DNA from: Botryllus schlosseri
Lineage: Eukaryota
Assembly: GCA_051294905.1 (NCBI GenBank)
Contig: CM119372.1
Span: 39,434,001-39,498,000 of the forward strand
Length of the DNA stretch: 64,000 nt
Direction: 5' to 3'
Under the pieces are notes generated by a model that did no database searches, was not told where the DNA came from, and was given only the letters and a program-made list of their open reading frames with translations. Every line of letters begins with the position of its first letter. The first letter of the stretch is position 1. This document shows positions 14,289 to 27,436 of the stretch, in pieces. A program made the translations under genes and the position numbers.

Positions 14289-17200
14289 TTTATGAATAGG
14301 AGAGAGTAAATCACTGTTTCTTCATTGTACGCGGCTTTGAGAGAATGGACAGTGAAAGCTTGTTATGAGCGCTACCGGGGCAAGCCCCGGCTAGGCCTTC
14401 GCAAAGCGAAAACACGGAAGAGAATTCGATTTGCGCAGAGACTTCGCTATATATTGGCCTTTACAAGCGAAAGGACAAGAAGAATACGATTTTCGCTGTG
14501 ATTTCGGTATATATAGATTGCTGTGCGTCTATAAATGGTAAATAATTGTTATTGAACAGAATTTCAGGTGGGGCAATGCCGAAGGTACCCTATAGGACGA
14601 GCCGCCACTGGTATATAGTAATATATGGAATAACCAGCAATGTTATTGACAGAATTCATTCAAAAATTTAACGAACAGGTGCATATAGCAAGCCTCCTAG
14701 AAGCTGCATCGATTACCCTATGGTGGGCCCAAGATCAGTGTATATTTGGGCGGGAGGGGGCTGAAAAATATGGTTTGGGTCCTCGCTAGTGGTTACAACT
14801 AGCCACATTCAGCCACATACTTCTGAACGGGATAATGACCACCTCTGGTCGATAGGCAAAGCTTTGCTAGTGTGAAGTCATATGGACAGACAATGTGCTC
14901 ATACCTTATTTTGGAATCCGCTAGTGGACGCTAACGAGTGTCCGGAATTAGAGCCACAAAAGTATGGTGACTCTACATTAACTGTACTCTTGTTTGCGTA
15001 GGGCTTCTAAAATACGACTTGATATAAATGCTTACTTTGACTTTTCCGTGTCCTGAAATGTCAAGTTATTAGTGCTCTGAACGTAATGCGTAGGCCTACT
15101 ACTGGTCCGTTGATATTTTCATGCTAAACCACGGAGGAGTGTCGGTAGGTCGGTACCCCTCACCGAATCTTGACGTGTTCTGGTTATGGCTTTGACATCA
15201 TTTGTTAGTTTATTCATTATACTATGTATATTACCGAAACATAGGATATGCTCCAACCATCTATTTTCTCTGTCAGCAATATCTGTGACTGAATTTAGAA
15301 TCATGGATGTTCGTTACAACGGTTGGCATTTCATCTGTCCAGCCAAATACTGTATCTTGTAATAATTTCTGATTTAAATTTGTGATACTCATTTCAGTTA
15401 TTCTACGGGTTATTTTGTTGCTATATGGCCTTGGACTCTGAAGCCATGAAGTGTTGCGATATGTCCAAATATCAATATAAGTCGGATCGAGAATTGAAAA
15501 GAATGCAGCGCTGGCGAAGGCAGCAGTTCATGAAATATCGTCCTCTAAGCATTGGTTCATCCTTCAGCAACAATGTCCAAGATCAGTCGTAAGATATCTG
15601 GCTCACAGTACATCGCACGAATATGAGCCCAGATATCAGAGACTACGCCAAGCCTAAACTTGGAAGAATTCATTCACAATTGTGCTCTGAATGACGTTAG
15701 CGTGCCACATTGAAAGAAAGCGCTTGTGCAGATAAAATGGTGTCGATGAACCAATTCATCAACAGCAATAAGTCCAACATCAAGTCCAACTCGGGCCACT
15801 TTAATTTTCCTATATTCTCGTTGTATTTTGCTTTTAAGGGCTTGTGTTTTGCAGAATCATACCCATTTCATGTTTCCTGACTCTACCCAATTGGACGCAA
15901 TGCGAATCATATTCCGATGATAAACTCAAAAATTGCAGTGCACAACTGTGCAGGCCACACTCGACTCAAAGTATTGGAAGCGAGGGGACTTCGTTACTTT
16001 TCAGTATAAAGTCCGGAATTGCAGTAACAAATATCAAAGTAAGTAACCTGTCCGAAGATTAAAACAGATTTACTAGTCTCATTATGAATTCAAAGGTTCT
16101 GAATTACCAGAGTTGGCCAGTAACGAAGTACTTCTACTTTTTTGAAGTAATCAAGTAGGTTTCCGCTACTTGGGTACTTTCTCAAGTAGATCTAATTTGC
16201 CGCTACTTCTATTTCTACTTCGTGATATTTTGTGATCTACTTACTTACTTTTCGCTTATTTCAGTATGTCAAGTAGAAGTAGTTTAATCCTCCAATCAGG
16301 AAGACAGCCTGATGATTTTCGGGGCTGTTTTCACGGAGTATCACCATTCAATTTTCAGAAAAGTGAAGCCCATAATTTTCGTCGTGCTTCGCGCACAGTG
16401 AATATGGAGTGACCAGCATGATTTCACGAAAGTATCGGTGAACAAGATTTAGGTAGCAGGTTGCGTGGTTCCGTTCACACCGCATTGTTGTCCATATGAA
16501 ATATTTCATCTCAGTGTATATGGTCCATCATAACGTTTGAAAATGATGTTCCGCAATCTAGCATTTACTTATCATATCGTAATTAGCGTTAGGACCCCGG
16601 GAAATCTCGATCCCGGGATTACTCCCAATGAAATCCCGGGATTTGTAAACAGCATCTACCAAGGCTTACGAAACGCCATATCTTTGATTTCGGTAATAAA
16701 GCAGTGTCACAAACTCGGCTGATTGTCTGAAACAATGGTCTTAAATACGCGGCTCGCGTCGACATTTTGAATTTTCAAGTATTCGACAATATTTACCTGG
16801 AACGGTGGTCGGAAACCTTTTTTGTCTAAAGAGCCATATTGGCCCTATTTTGTCCATTTTAACTCCCAAAGAGCCATACATGCCAATCAATTGTTACGTC
16901 CCAATGGAAAATCGTTCGAGCTAGAATTCACTACATGAGATTCGTTATGTTCCCCCCAATTTTTCTGTAAAATCACGTACTGATCATGCTGGTTGCCTAA
17001 TTTAAGCTTACGAAACTTGAGTTACGAGAACGTAGGTTCGTCGTGATGCTACTTTTGAATGCGAGAACCCATGATCACAAGCGTAGTTGGAGCCAAACAT
17101 GGTCACTACAGTAGTATACATGCCTACCCACCCACTCTAAGCTATGAGACATCAGTGATGTCGGGTCAGGTGAGGCAAGTGAGACAGTACCTCACCAGTC

Positions 17201-20200
17201 GTCAGGATGAGTGCACGGAAATCGTGAAACCTTGAATTACTATTGGTATTTTCTATCGATGTTCATGAATGACAAGATGTTAGACATTTTTTTTCCAAAA
17301 CCACACAATTTGCATATTTATTGTATGGAAATAAAGCGCGAAACGAGAGGTAGCCTAAAGCACAGATGGGCCAAACCTCACCAATGATAACGCAATTAAT
17401 TGTTAATATCTTAGAATTTATTACAACTGATTATATTCGAATTATAACTGATATTAATCGAACGTAACTGTAACGATTCTGAAAATTCAAATACTTATTG
17501 ACCTCTCAATTGTCAAAGTATCAGCGGTAGCATATAACGTTGCGCTACGCGCCTACATGTTTTATCGCCGGTACTACTGAGCTACTTACCAATCAAGAAC
17601 GTGGATAGCTATGACGTTGTTTGTAATTCTAACTGTAACGTCCACGGTAGCTTCTTTCGCGCCGAAGATCAAGAAGTGTGTATTTGTGTATTTGAAAACT
17701 GCGTTCATATGGGCGTCGCCATGTCTTCTATTCTCTTTGATCAATCAAAGTATCTTGCAATCCAAGATTTCGAGTCGGGTAGGCCTACACCAGTGATTCC
17801 CAAGTGCGGCCCCCAGATAGCCTTTTTGCGGCCCCCAAAATATATTAAGAAATCGATTTATGACAAAAAATAAAAGAGGACAAATCATCCTAAAAAAGGA
17901 CGTATGGTAACCCTGTGATAACTAGATGTGCAACACGTGGCTCACGGTTGAATACGCCGAGATGCATACTGCTTAGCCGGCTAAAAGCAGTAAAATTGGT
18001 AGTCCTATAGTCAGGGCCGTAACTGCCGCACCCAAACCCCCCAATTGAGGGGGGCTGAGCTCGAAGGGGGGCCAAAATTATTTCATGAATTAGCATAAAT
18101 TATAGAGTATTTTTTTAAAATTTATGCAACTTTTTCAAAAATTTTTCGCACTGTGTGCGATTTCAATTCGTCACATATCTTGATTATTGGGTACTGTTCC
18201 CCAAGAAAAAATACGCAAGATTTATAGTAATGGGCATATCAGCGTGTGCCATGACCGCACCACAGCGCACCAAGACTTATAAAGTTTTAGGCCATGTAGG
18301 CTAACATGTGACTCCAAGAGGTGTGTCAGAACGATCGGCAGTGAGAACGCCTTGGCCTTAAAGGAATGCTTTTATGCTGACCAAAAACTTCGAAATACCA
18401 AAAACTTCGTTATATATACAAAATACACATAAGTTTAATTGTCCATATAGGCGCCTAAATGACTGGCACCGAATGTTCTTGTCTTGGCAATCTTAACCTC
18501 ACATAACAAATACCATCCCGCAGATATGAAATTATATGCCAGTGAAGAAATACCAATCTGAAATCGTGTTATTATTCAGTTTTTTGATATAGCAGACAGG
18601 AGGTGACAAAATAACATCATGTAAAGAAGTCATACCTAGGGATCCACCCGCCCGAAGATGTTTAATTTTAGGGGGTCCGCAGTTTCAAAGACACCTTTAA
18701 CTCAGCTCTACCGGTAAATCTGATTACGTGGGCAAAAAGGACAACCATGCAATTCCCGATCTTATTCACCGATTTTATCATGAATTATCGAAATATTCGC
18801 GCGTCGCGCTGTCTCACTAAACAGTACAATTTTAATTTCGTGGTAAAAGCGAACAACGTGATGCGGGGTCAGTTTATCACCCTATGGGAGCCTGGGGTCC
18901 TGACGAATAAGTACCCAGCAAACACAGTACAGACCAAAGATGTAGAAAAGCCGAGCCGATATAGTAGATATTAGATCTCGGCAGGTCGTAGAAAGGGGGA
19001 TTTTGTGTCGACTCAATTCAACGTCTTTTCCATGTCCTTCAATAATGTAAATATTATGCAGATGCTACAGCCTTTAAACATGGTGAGTAGAATGTAGATC
19101 CTACGTTAGAAGAAGAAGATCCTGATATAATAACCTGTTTTCTACCACTATGGGCTTAACCTGATCACGGCTGCGTACACACACCACATTATTTACTACA
19201 TATTAATCACATTTGTGATAATTTAATTTCAAACGAATTGGCAATAATGCCGTTGTAAAAAATAAAACGAACAAACGAACGAATGTCTTTAGAAAGAAAG
19301 TGAAAACAGTCCTTATCATCAGGTTTCATCTTCTGATGAGCCAGTTAAATAACCAGCATGCGGCCTTTTTTTTCAACACCCTGCAGAAATAAAATGAAAA
19401 TGATGATTAATAGCTAAGACATTCGTACTGCGAAAATGGCAGAGGTAGCGACTAACGAATGACTCCTACATTTTTTTCGCCCATACTTACTAAAATGGAT
19501 TTGATTCTGAACTATTTCCACTCAAGTTTTCAAGTTTTATTATTATATTTTTTAATATTATATGACTAGAGAACTGACTTCAATCGTCACTTCTACTTGA
19601 TTATCAAGATCAACGATGACTACTTCAGCACTCTTTGAAAACAGCCACTAACACAAAAAGAATTCTTGACTAAAATTTCTTCACATTCTGTCCAAAATGA
19701 TCAATTCAACAATCCAAATGAATCAGTTATTTGGCAGCTAGTTGGAGAGATATATACTCAAGTCTAGAAAGTGGAATGATACTCTGCCTGGAAAGCTTAA
19801 GACCTAACAATATTGTGTACAGAGAACAAAACATTTGAGTGGCGGCACTGGTATAGACATTAATAAATTATTAGAATTGACAGCAAGATAACCAGCAAGA
19901 CATTAAAATGAGAATTAGTGCAGTTTCTTAGGCTGTAGTGATACTCAGCCAGTAATTGACCTAGCAGAGAGCAAAACGTTGTAAATAAAGCGAGCGAAAC
20001 CTCCGACAAATGATACGATAAAACCTTAGAATCGACAGTCTTACTAGAAGCAGAATAACAATCATGAGGGGTTAGAGAACAGAAGCCCGGGAAGTGACCA
20101 TCAGAAATTATTGCATACTGGCCGAACAAATCCATGACCACTAACAAATGGTCTTTCAATAGTCAATATTGATACCAAATGACACCACCCCTATTTCATA

Positions 20201-20886
20201 GCAACATTTAGCAAATACAGCGCTGGAGTCAACCTTATATAAGCCCTAACCAAACGCCCATTAGTTTTCCCACCTACTACTTCGCGGATGGAAATACGCA
20301 TTAAAGCGAACGGACGCGACTTGTCACACTCTTGCTATTTCTGCTCCTTTTTTCTCTTCGTTTCTCTTCTCTGTCGCTTCCGCTTGAGGAGAGAAACAGT
20401 CGGCCGCGTTTACGGATCGTGAATTCCCGGTGGGTGATTCTTCCTCGAATGGTCAGCACCTTGAAAATTGAGAACAATGTTGTTGCAAAATGCATGACAA
20501 TTTGAAAGTTACATCATTCTAATTATTCCAGTTATGGCCGTGAATCGTTACAAGTGCGGTAACTATAAGAATTATTACTATACTTCAACTACAAATACAA
20601 TACATTGTATAAAATGATTACCAATTCTTTTACGTTGATCGAGTCCCAAATAGATGAAATATGTCAAAGAATTTGCTAAATTTTTGTATAATTTGACAGA
20701 TTCCGAAATCTTCTCAAAGTGCACCTTTCAAAAATTTGATATCAAGACTCCCAACATTTTACAATTCGAAGTTGGATGGCTTTACCAATACAAGCAAACA
20801 GTTTGTATCGCAATTGACAATTATGTAGAGAACGCTGCGAGACATATGAGTAGGCCTACCCTAAAACGTTTCTCTCACACGGACAT

Positions 20887-21552
20887 TAGGGCTCTTAAAA
20901 TATGACTTTTTTTCTCAAATCGTTCTGGCTACTTGATAATATTGTTAGGTTACCTAATTTAAGCCTAAACACAAAATTTGGTTCAATTCCAGCCAGTAAC
21001 CGCTTTGCTACAGGAGAAGAAAGTTTCTATTTATTATATAAAAATAAATAGGTAATAAAAATTTGAAAATTTTCTGTTCACCCCATGAAAGTGTTAGGCT
21101 GTCTATAGAAACGATGCTCACCAAATTTGGTTCAATTCCAACCAGTGGAAGCGGAGATATTGCCGTCGAAAAATTTGGATTTGAATAAAATAGTATTTAC
21201 GGTGACCGATTCTTTGTTTACTTATTAAAGTTGTGCTCACCGTAAGTACTATTTTATTAAAATCCAAATTTTTCGACAGCAATAACTCCGCTTCCACTGG
21301 TTGGAATTGAACCAAATTTGGTGAGCATCGTTTCTATAGACAGCCTAACACTTTCATGGGGTTAACAGAAAATCTTCAAATTTTTTATTATTCATTTTTA
21401 TATAATAAATAGGAACTTTCTTCTCTTGTAGCAAAGCGGATACTGGCTGGATTTGAACCATATTTTGTTTGTAGGCTTAAATTAGGTAACCTAACAATTT
21501 TATCAAGTAGCCAGTACGATTTGAGAAAAAAAGTCATTTTTGAAGAGCCCTA
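20887..21552. mobile_element. Foldback MITE, almost entirely palindromic
   Basis: Inverted arms of ~320 bp (tagggctctt...aagagcccta) around a ~30-bp loop at 21206-21237. No clean TSD. Confidence 0.85.
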
Positions 21553-21995
21553 CTGTTCATGACCGTCCACGTTTAGAGTTGCATCTCAAAGATGCTAAAA
21601 TAAGCCTAAATATAATCCAAGCAATACGATCGTCCACTTTGACTGACTGGATTTCTAAAAACACCTTGACAGCTTCCACATCTTACGTTTATATATACTG
21701 TCTGCTATCGGCACAACAAAGTAGGCCTATTTAAAAATACCAAAACAGATTCAACATACCACATCTCTTGCAAAGGCTTTTGCTTTCATTCAATTTTCCA
21801 TCAAACTTCTTTAAATCCTCCTTTGTGGTGAGTTGCTTTGGAATTCTTCTAGGATCAATTCCGATATTGTTTTATCATATACAATCTATGGCGGAATAAA
21901 AGTTTCGGATAAGTTCTAAAACGAACACAATTTTCCACACAAAAGTCAATTGCCACACGAAATGCCAAATGCTACGGTCTCATTTTACAAGGTAT

Positions 21996-23099
21996 GGCGA
22001 GGAAACGTAGTGGTACGTTCCATTATAGCTAAACACCAATGAATTGCGGGTTCGAGCGTGACACGTCGACTCCATAATTCCTACCGAAGTGTTGGCCGTT
22101 TATCTAGGCTCCTCCTCGCCATCTGATTCGCATAGCCATGTCTTAAAAAGCCTAGGAGTGGGCCGTGCTGTAAGTGGGCAGATGGTTGCCGATGCACCCG
22201 GCACTTGGTGAATTCGGCCGCACAAACTCGGCACTTGGTGAATTCGGCCCTCGGGAAATTTTGAAATGAAGTGTATTTACAGCTATTAATATGAATTATC
22301 AAACTAATAATAGTATTATCAAGTGATTCGTCAATCTTGTAAGGAGGTCAGGGCATCCGTAGATCGCGCAGTCACGGCGTGATTAGATCACGGATTGCGT
22401 AGCCACGGGAAATAACACAGCGCTCATATACCGACTACGCGCGGTCTGCTTGGAATCGATGGCGTGAGTCACGGGCCTGTGTCGTGTAAGTTTTGAGAAG
22501 ATGGATCTTGGCGTTGTATGTGAGATCAAAACTGTGGAACATCAAGCGGCGCTTCTTCGTTTATCGATCACGACAAGCCAGTGTTCCTCATCAACAAATG
22601 TTTCGCATGATCACGTCAAAATGAATTATTTTTTGCCTTTGGAGAGACGATTCCACTCTGGGATTAGGGTGTCTCGATAACACGGTTGAAGGATCCCAAG
22701 ATTACGAGATCTACCACGAGCCACGACACGTTTAAATTTCCTGTTTGATACTGTTCATTCATACTAAATGCATTTCTAATGCGAAGGTGTTCTAGTGCCA
22801 ATTCCTCCAAGGGCCGAGTTCACCAAGTGAAGAGCGTCGCGTTATTTCCCGCAATTACGCAATCTGTGATCTAATCACGCTGTGACTGTGTGATCTACGC
22901 ATGCCCTGACCGCCGTACAACATTGACAACCACTCAAAGTGCCAAGTTCACCGGCAAACATTCCAGTAACCAATCATGGTGACCGGTACCGCTACGAGAT
23001 CTACCACGGCCGAATTCACCAAGTGCCGAGATTGTGCGGCCGAATTCATCAAGTGCCGAGTTCACTGGTAATCGGGCAGATACGGAATAATAATAATAA
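21996..23099 (+). mobile_element. tRNA-derived SINE interrupted by a Merlin-like element
   Basis: A-box-like cgtagtgg and B-box-like gggttcgag. An (AAT)n tail follows the insertion at 23086-23099. Confidence 0.5.
22184..23073. mobile_element. Merlin-like non-autonomous DNA transposon
   Basis: Perfect 8-bp TSD gggcagat. GG-starting TIR with tandem cggcacttggtgaattcggcc units. A second internal inverted repeat pairs 22330-22425 with 22830-22930. Confidence 0.7.
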
Positions 23100-26000
23100 G
23101 AACCGGCCTGGTGTAAAATGACCAGTGTAGTCGAACCACCACCATGAACACCACAAACAAACAAATAAACATCTAACAAGGAAAAGAAATTACCTTTGCA
23201 GCCTTTGACAAACACAGTTACCATTGAAACCAGCAATTAAGGTCTTATTCGAAAGCAGGATAACAACTGTTTTAGTGGACATATCAAATCAAATGTTGGA
23301 AAGTTCATGTAAAATAGCCCAAAATATTATCTTACTGTGACCATATTCCATCAATATGGTCTGGCTAGCCAAATTCTCTGGGCCAACATAATCAAGCTGC
23401 GTTTGGTTTCAACGACTAATAATCTTGTCACTGGATTCGAGGTATAATTGCACTCAAATATCAAATTTTGCTCCATTAATCAACATCAAGTTGAAAATGT
23501 CCATTCTTGCACCAACTTTTATAAAATCATGAATCAGTGTTCTACAGGAATGTATCTATATGACTCATATACCTAGAAAATTCAAGCATAAATATTATGA
23601 TATACCGTAGGTATAGGTACCGGTAATTCAGATGTTTGAAGCGAATTATAGTGGTCTAATTTCACTAAATTAGAGCGAAATGCCAGCAATATAATTGTAA
23701 TCTAATTCGGAAAAACGGTTTAGCTCTAATTCTAACCTGGAAAAGCTGAAACTTTTCTATAGTTGTCAACACCTGTTTTGCAGAAAGTCAAACAGCTCTA
23801 GGCGTCATATACTACAGGCAATTCGAAATACCCCATAATCTATATGCTACTGCATATATACCTTTAACCCGCTACCTCAGTCAGTCACAATTCCTATATA
23901 TTTACGGCATTTACCATACAGAAAGAGCGAACTATGCCTGGCTGCGACATGTTGCGCTTCACATCTTTGTATGGCGCGATGACGTAAAATTTGAATCGCA
24001 GAAATATTCTAGAAGTCACGCATCGATAATCATATTCCTAAACGTACAACATATCACTTATTTAGTTATTCTCTGAATAAAACTATTAACCATACTCGTT
24101 GAACATGCGAGATTACCGAAAGATCATGCATGAAGATCATATATATCAGAGGAAAACAAACTATTCGACCTTAGAGCAACAACACGAATATACAACACCG
24201 GTGACATCCTCACGCAATAAAACGAAGGGAGAACATTGTTTTCTAATGGATAGAACGAAGCTACCGCATGAGATCGAACAAAACCGGATAGAATTCATCG
24301 TGATTGAATGTACCGACAAAGTCATCCTTTCTACGTATTTTAGTCGTACCCGCGAGAGATAGAAAATTTGCATTATTAGGTTAACTACCGGATATAACGA
24401 AGCCTAATGCATGAGATGGAACAACACCGAGTATGAATTTATTCTGATTGAATATAACCACAAGACCATCCTACTACGTATTTTAGACATTCCCTCGACA
24501 CTTAGAAAATCAGAACCTAATCGAGATGATCCCGGATGATCCTTTTACGGTTTTGTGTTTGCTGGGTACTGCTACGTTCCTGCCAACGAGTATACCCCCG
24601 GAGATGTTTAATTACTATTGAGGGGGCGTATACCTTTTCAAACACACCTCACTCAGCCCTACCGGTAAATAAGATGACGTGAACAGAGACAGGGTGAAAA
24701 TTGATAGCAATACATGTAATTCTCGATCATATTGACCAATTCAGTCATGAAACCAAATAAATTTCTCGCGCTTCGAGCGTTTAGGCGAGAAAAGCTGATT
24801 CACTCAACGGACACCCAATGTAGCAGATAAGTAGCGGTAAACAGTGTACAGTTTTGAAATTTTGCCAGGGCAATAAAACTATTCCGAAATCGCCATGATG
24901 ACTGTTTGGGTCCGTTTCGAAGCCGTAGTATGCGTGCGGCCCCGACCGTACTCTGAAATTCTAAATTTGGCCCTCACACCGAAAAAGTTTGGGAACCACT
25001 GGCCTACACCCTACATCGAATTCGCGAATGATATTGGTCGCCGGCGCGACAGCAACTTGAATTTGAGGATTTTGAAAAGAGGGGTTCCGAGCCCCTAAAC
25101 CTGAAGAGGGCATTGTCTTCACCTCGCAAAGACACGTTCATACTGCCATGAGAATATTTATTCTGGCCGTGATGAAAATTTACCAACAAGTTGCTGCAAT
25201 ATTGATCAATTCAGCACAAAAATAAATATTTGGCAAAGAGCCATATCTCATACCCAAAAGAGCCATATATGGCTCTCGAGCCATAGGTTTCCGACCACTG
25301 ACCTGGAATATATCTTATTTCGGATTAGAGAACTTAAAATTCACTCGAAAACCACTCCAAAAACCTGAATCGCTAGGTCAAAAGTTCGCTAGCTGCGAAG
25401 TAGTAACTCGACAGCTTTTACGATGACATGATGCATTTGTCGTCTCGCCTGATTTCTAACTGTCTATAACTCATTCATTCGCCAGATTATGCCATAAGCA
25501 CAACAATATTTTTAATAAAATATTCAAAAATATGACTTTTTCGTGGCAAACGTGCATATTCCAATAATGAACCACATTTTCACAATGTGTATAAGATGCC
25601 AGTCTGCAAGGTCCGTCAAATAAGACCTAATTGGAATTACAGATTATACCCCTATTTGATACTGCGGCCAGCCGCGTCATCAGAAACTACGAAATTGGCC
25701 CGCGAGCAAATTTAAGTTTGGGAACCCTGGTCTGAACGATGATACTCTTGATGCTTTCAGGTTTTTGCGTCATTATTACAAGGACTAAATGTTGTTTGTG
25801 GAGCTTGTATGGGTATTTTACTATTTTTCCCATACCGGGAAATCTCGGGATTGAGAAGCGAAATCCCGATCCCGGGAAATCCCGATCCCGGGATTTCAAA
25901 TTTGATCCCGAAGTCCCAACCCTAATCGTAATCTAGCAGTCCATGGCGTGTCCTAATCTGGAAAAGTGGTCTCTGACATTTTTTAGCTTTAGACCTGTTT

Positions 26001-27436
26001 TAGCATACCACCTTTGAAACTTTCTGGACTATAAAGACATTAAATACATTTTCGGCTTTTAGAAGTAGTATTTATATTTCTCTTTCAATTCCCAGTAGTA
26101 TGCTTTGAGTTCTAATTAGTTTCTGTTCTTTTGTCTGGAGAACATACATGTTAAGTGTTGATGTATAAAAGCAAGTGTCGTAATGCCTTTAATTTCCGGA
26201 AATAAAGCTACACAATATGGCATTTTTACGATCCATCATATTAACGATTACTAATCGCGCAAAGTGTTTACAACGTATGCGATACAAATTCTCCTTATTG
26301 CTCTTCGACTAAACTAGGGTCCCGATAATATGGGGGATGGTGCCATACCATGATATTTTCTAAAACGTGCTGTTTGAGTAAATGGAGGATTAGTATACCT
26401 AGCATTTCCATATCAATACTTGGATTTTCATCCCATGATGTTGGCGAATGCGTATGCTGTTGAAAATTGGATACCTCATGGTATGCATCAATATGAACTT
26501 TTCGCATAGCTCAATTTGCAGCTTTCGACAATCCGTGCGAACGAATTAGGATCGTTTTCACAACTACTTAATTACTTGACTAGATTTAAAGTCAGTCAAT
26601 TCTACTTCTACTTCAAGTAGTTTTAGGTTGGTTATGTAAGAAGGACTTCTACTGGTACTTCAGTAGATTTTTTCTTCGCTACTTCTACTTCTACTTGAGT
26701 AGCTTTCTTGACTACTTTGACCACCTCTGTGAACTACAGACCACCACTTGAAGCACTACAATTCATTACAAGAAGCCGACTGCAAGCTACATTTCGACAA
26801 ACACCCGAAATGCCCTCGCTCATTCATTCACGTCAGATGAAAAAAAAATTCTGCCGATTGCATTGGGTTGCTTTTCAGCGGTTGTGACGTTGTTGTTTCA
26901 GCAGTAGTAGCAAGGTAAGGATTAGCACTGTCCTTCACAATTTTAGATTAACCTGTATAGGCATCGCGATAGCATTCTTGCATTTGATAGACACCTGATG
27001 TCATTGTGAAAACGGTTGTCTTTCCAGCGCGAAGGATGTTTCGTGTCAGTCTTGCTGTTGGTTGAGTCCAACTGACTCGACCATGAACTAATACGAAATT
27101 GACAGTCTCTCTGTGTCTGGTCAGCGAAAATATTATCAAATCCATAACGGGTACTATCGCCGTTAGGCTGGTTAAGGGGTCGACTAAGGTCATAATTAGC
27201 ACTAGGCAGATATCGGAATTTTCGAACAGTAGTGATATCACTGATATAAAAATAATGACACTAAACCTGTATTTTGGGCGATATCAAAATATGATATATT
27301 TTGATTAGAAATTTTAATTAGTGACGCGAATTAAAAAAGTAGGCCACATCCAGTATCAGTATTATACTTCAGTTATTTACGATAAAACTGCAATAGTTTA
27401 AAAATAATTACCATTTACATTCCTAAAGGTGTAGAT

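Larger units (their letters stand above)
10380..14610. mobile_element. hAT MITE (CAGTGGCGGCTCGT ends) with nested inserts
   Basis: TIRs cagtggcggctcgt / acgagccgccactg, TSD gtatacag/gtatatag. Confidence 0.85.
9231..14975. mobile_element. hAT-type non-autonomous element (TAGGGTTGCC ends) enclosing several nested insertions
   Basis: TIRs tagggttgccata / tatggtgactcta, TSD cattaatt/cattaact. Confidence 0.75.
18914..24566. mobile_element. CMC/EnSpm-like DNA transposon remnant (nest level 6)
   Basis: TIRs cccagcaaacaca / tgtgtttgctggg, 2-bp TSD TA, with the empty site visible in the copy at ~11291-11320. Minus-strand peptide IPKQLTTKEDLKKFDGKLNE (21760-21863) resembles DUF4806-type accessory proteins. 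Confidence 0.65.
18012..24845 (+). mobile_element. CAGGGCCGTAAC-family MITE, 3' truncated (nest level 5)
   Basis: 18012-18911 plus 24569-24845 aligns by eye with 10397-11580. Confidence 0.75.
17791..25001. mobile_element. hAT MITE (nest level 4)
   Basis: TIRs cagtgattcccaa / ttgggaaccactg, TSD gcctacac. Confidence 0.85.
16803..25300 (+). mobile_element. hAT non-autonomous element (nest level 3)
   Basis: TIRs cggtggtcggaaacct / aggtttccgaccactg, TSD acctggaa. The interior (17020-17780 plus 25010-25230) is homologous to 2440-3288 plus 4850-4960. Confidence 0.85.
16584..25924. mobile_element. hAT-like MITE with cccggga(a)t subterminal repeats (nest level 2)
   Basis: Ends tagcgttaggac / gtcccaacccta, TSD atcgtaat. 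Confidence 0.8.
16108..26729. mobile_element. Tol2/Ac-like hAT non-autonomous element (outer shell of the nest)
   Basis: TIRs cagagttggccagta / tactttgaccacctctg with tactt-rich subterminal repeats, TSD tgaattac/tgaactac. Confidence 0.8.
15130..27240 (-). pseudogene. Possible highly decayed NACHT/NLR-like exon (15130-16107 plus 26730-27240), split by the nested transposon stack
   Basis: Minus-strand acceptor tttttatatcag ends at 27241. Frameshifted peptides FVLVHGR..LTRNIL, SNTLSRV and KLLQDTVFGWTDEM..ILCFGNI..LTNDV resemble NACHT and post-NACHT segments in the expected order. Many stops; judged by eye only. Confidence 0.25.
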
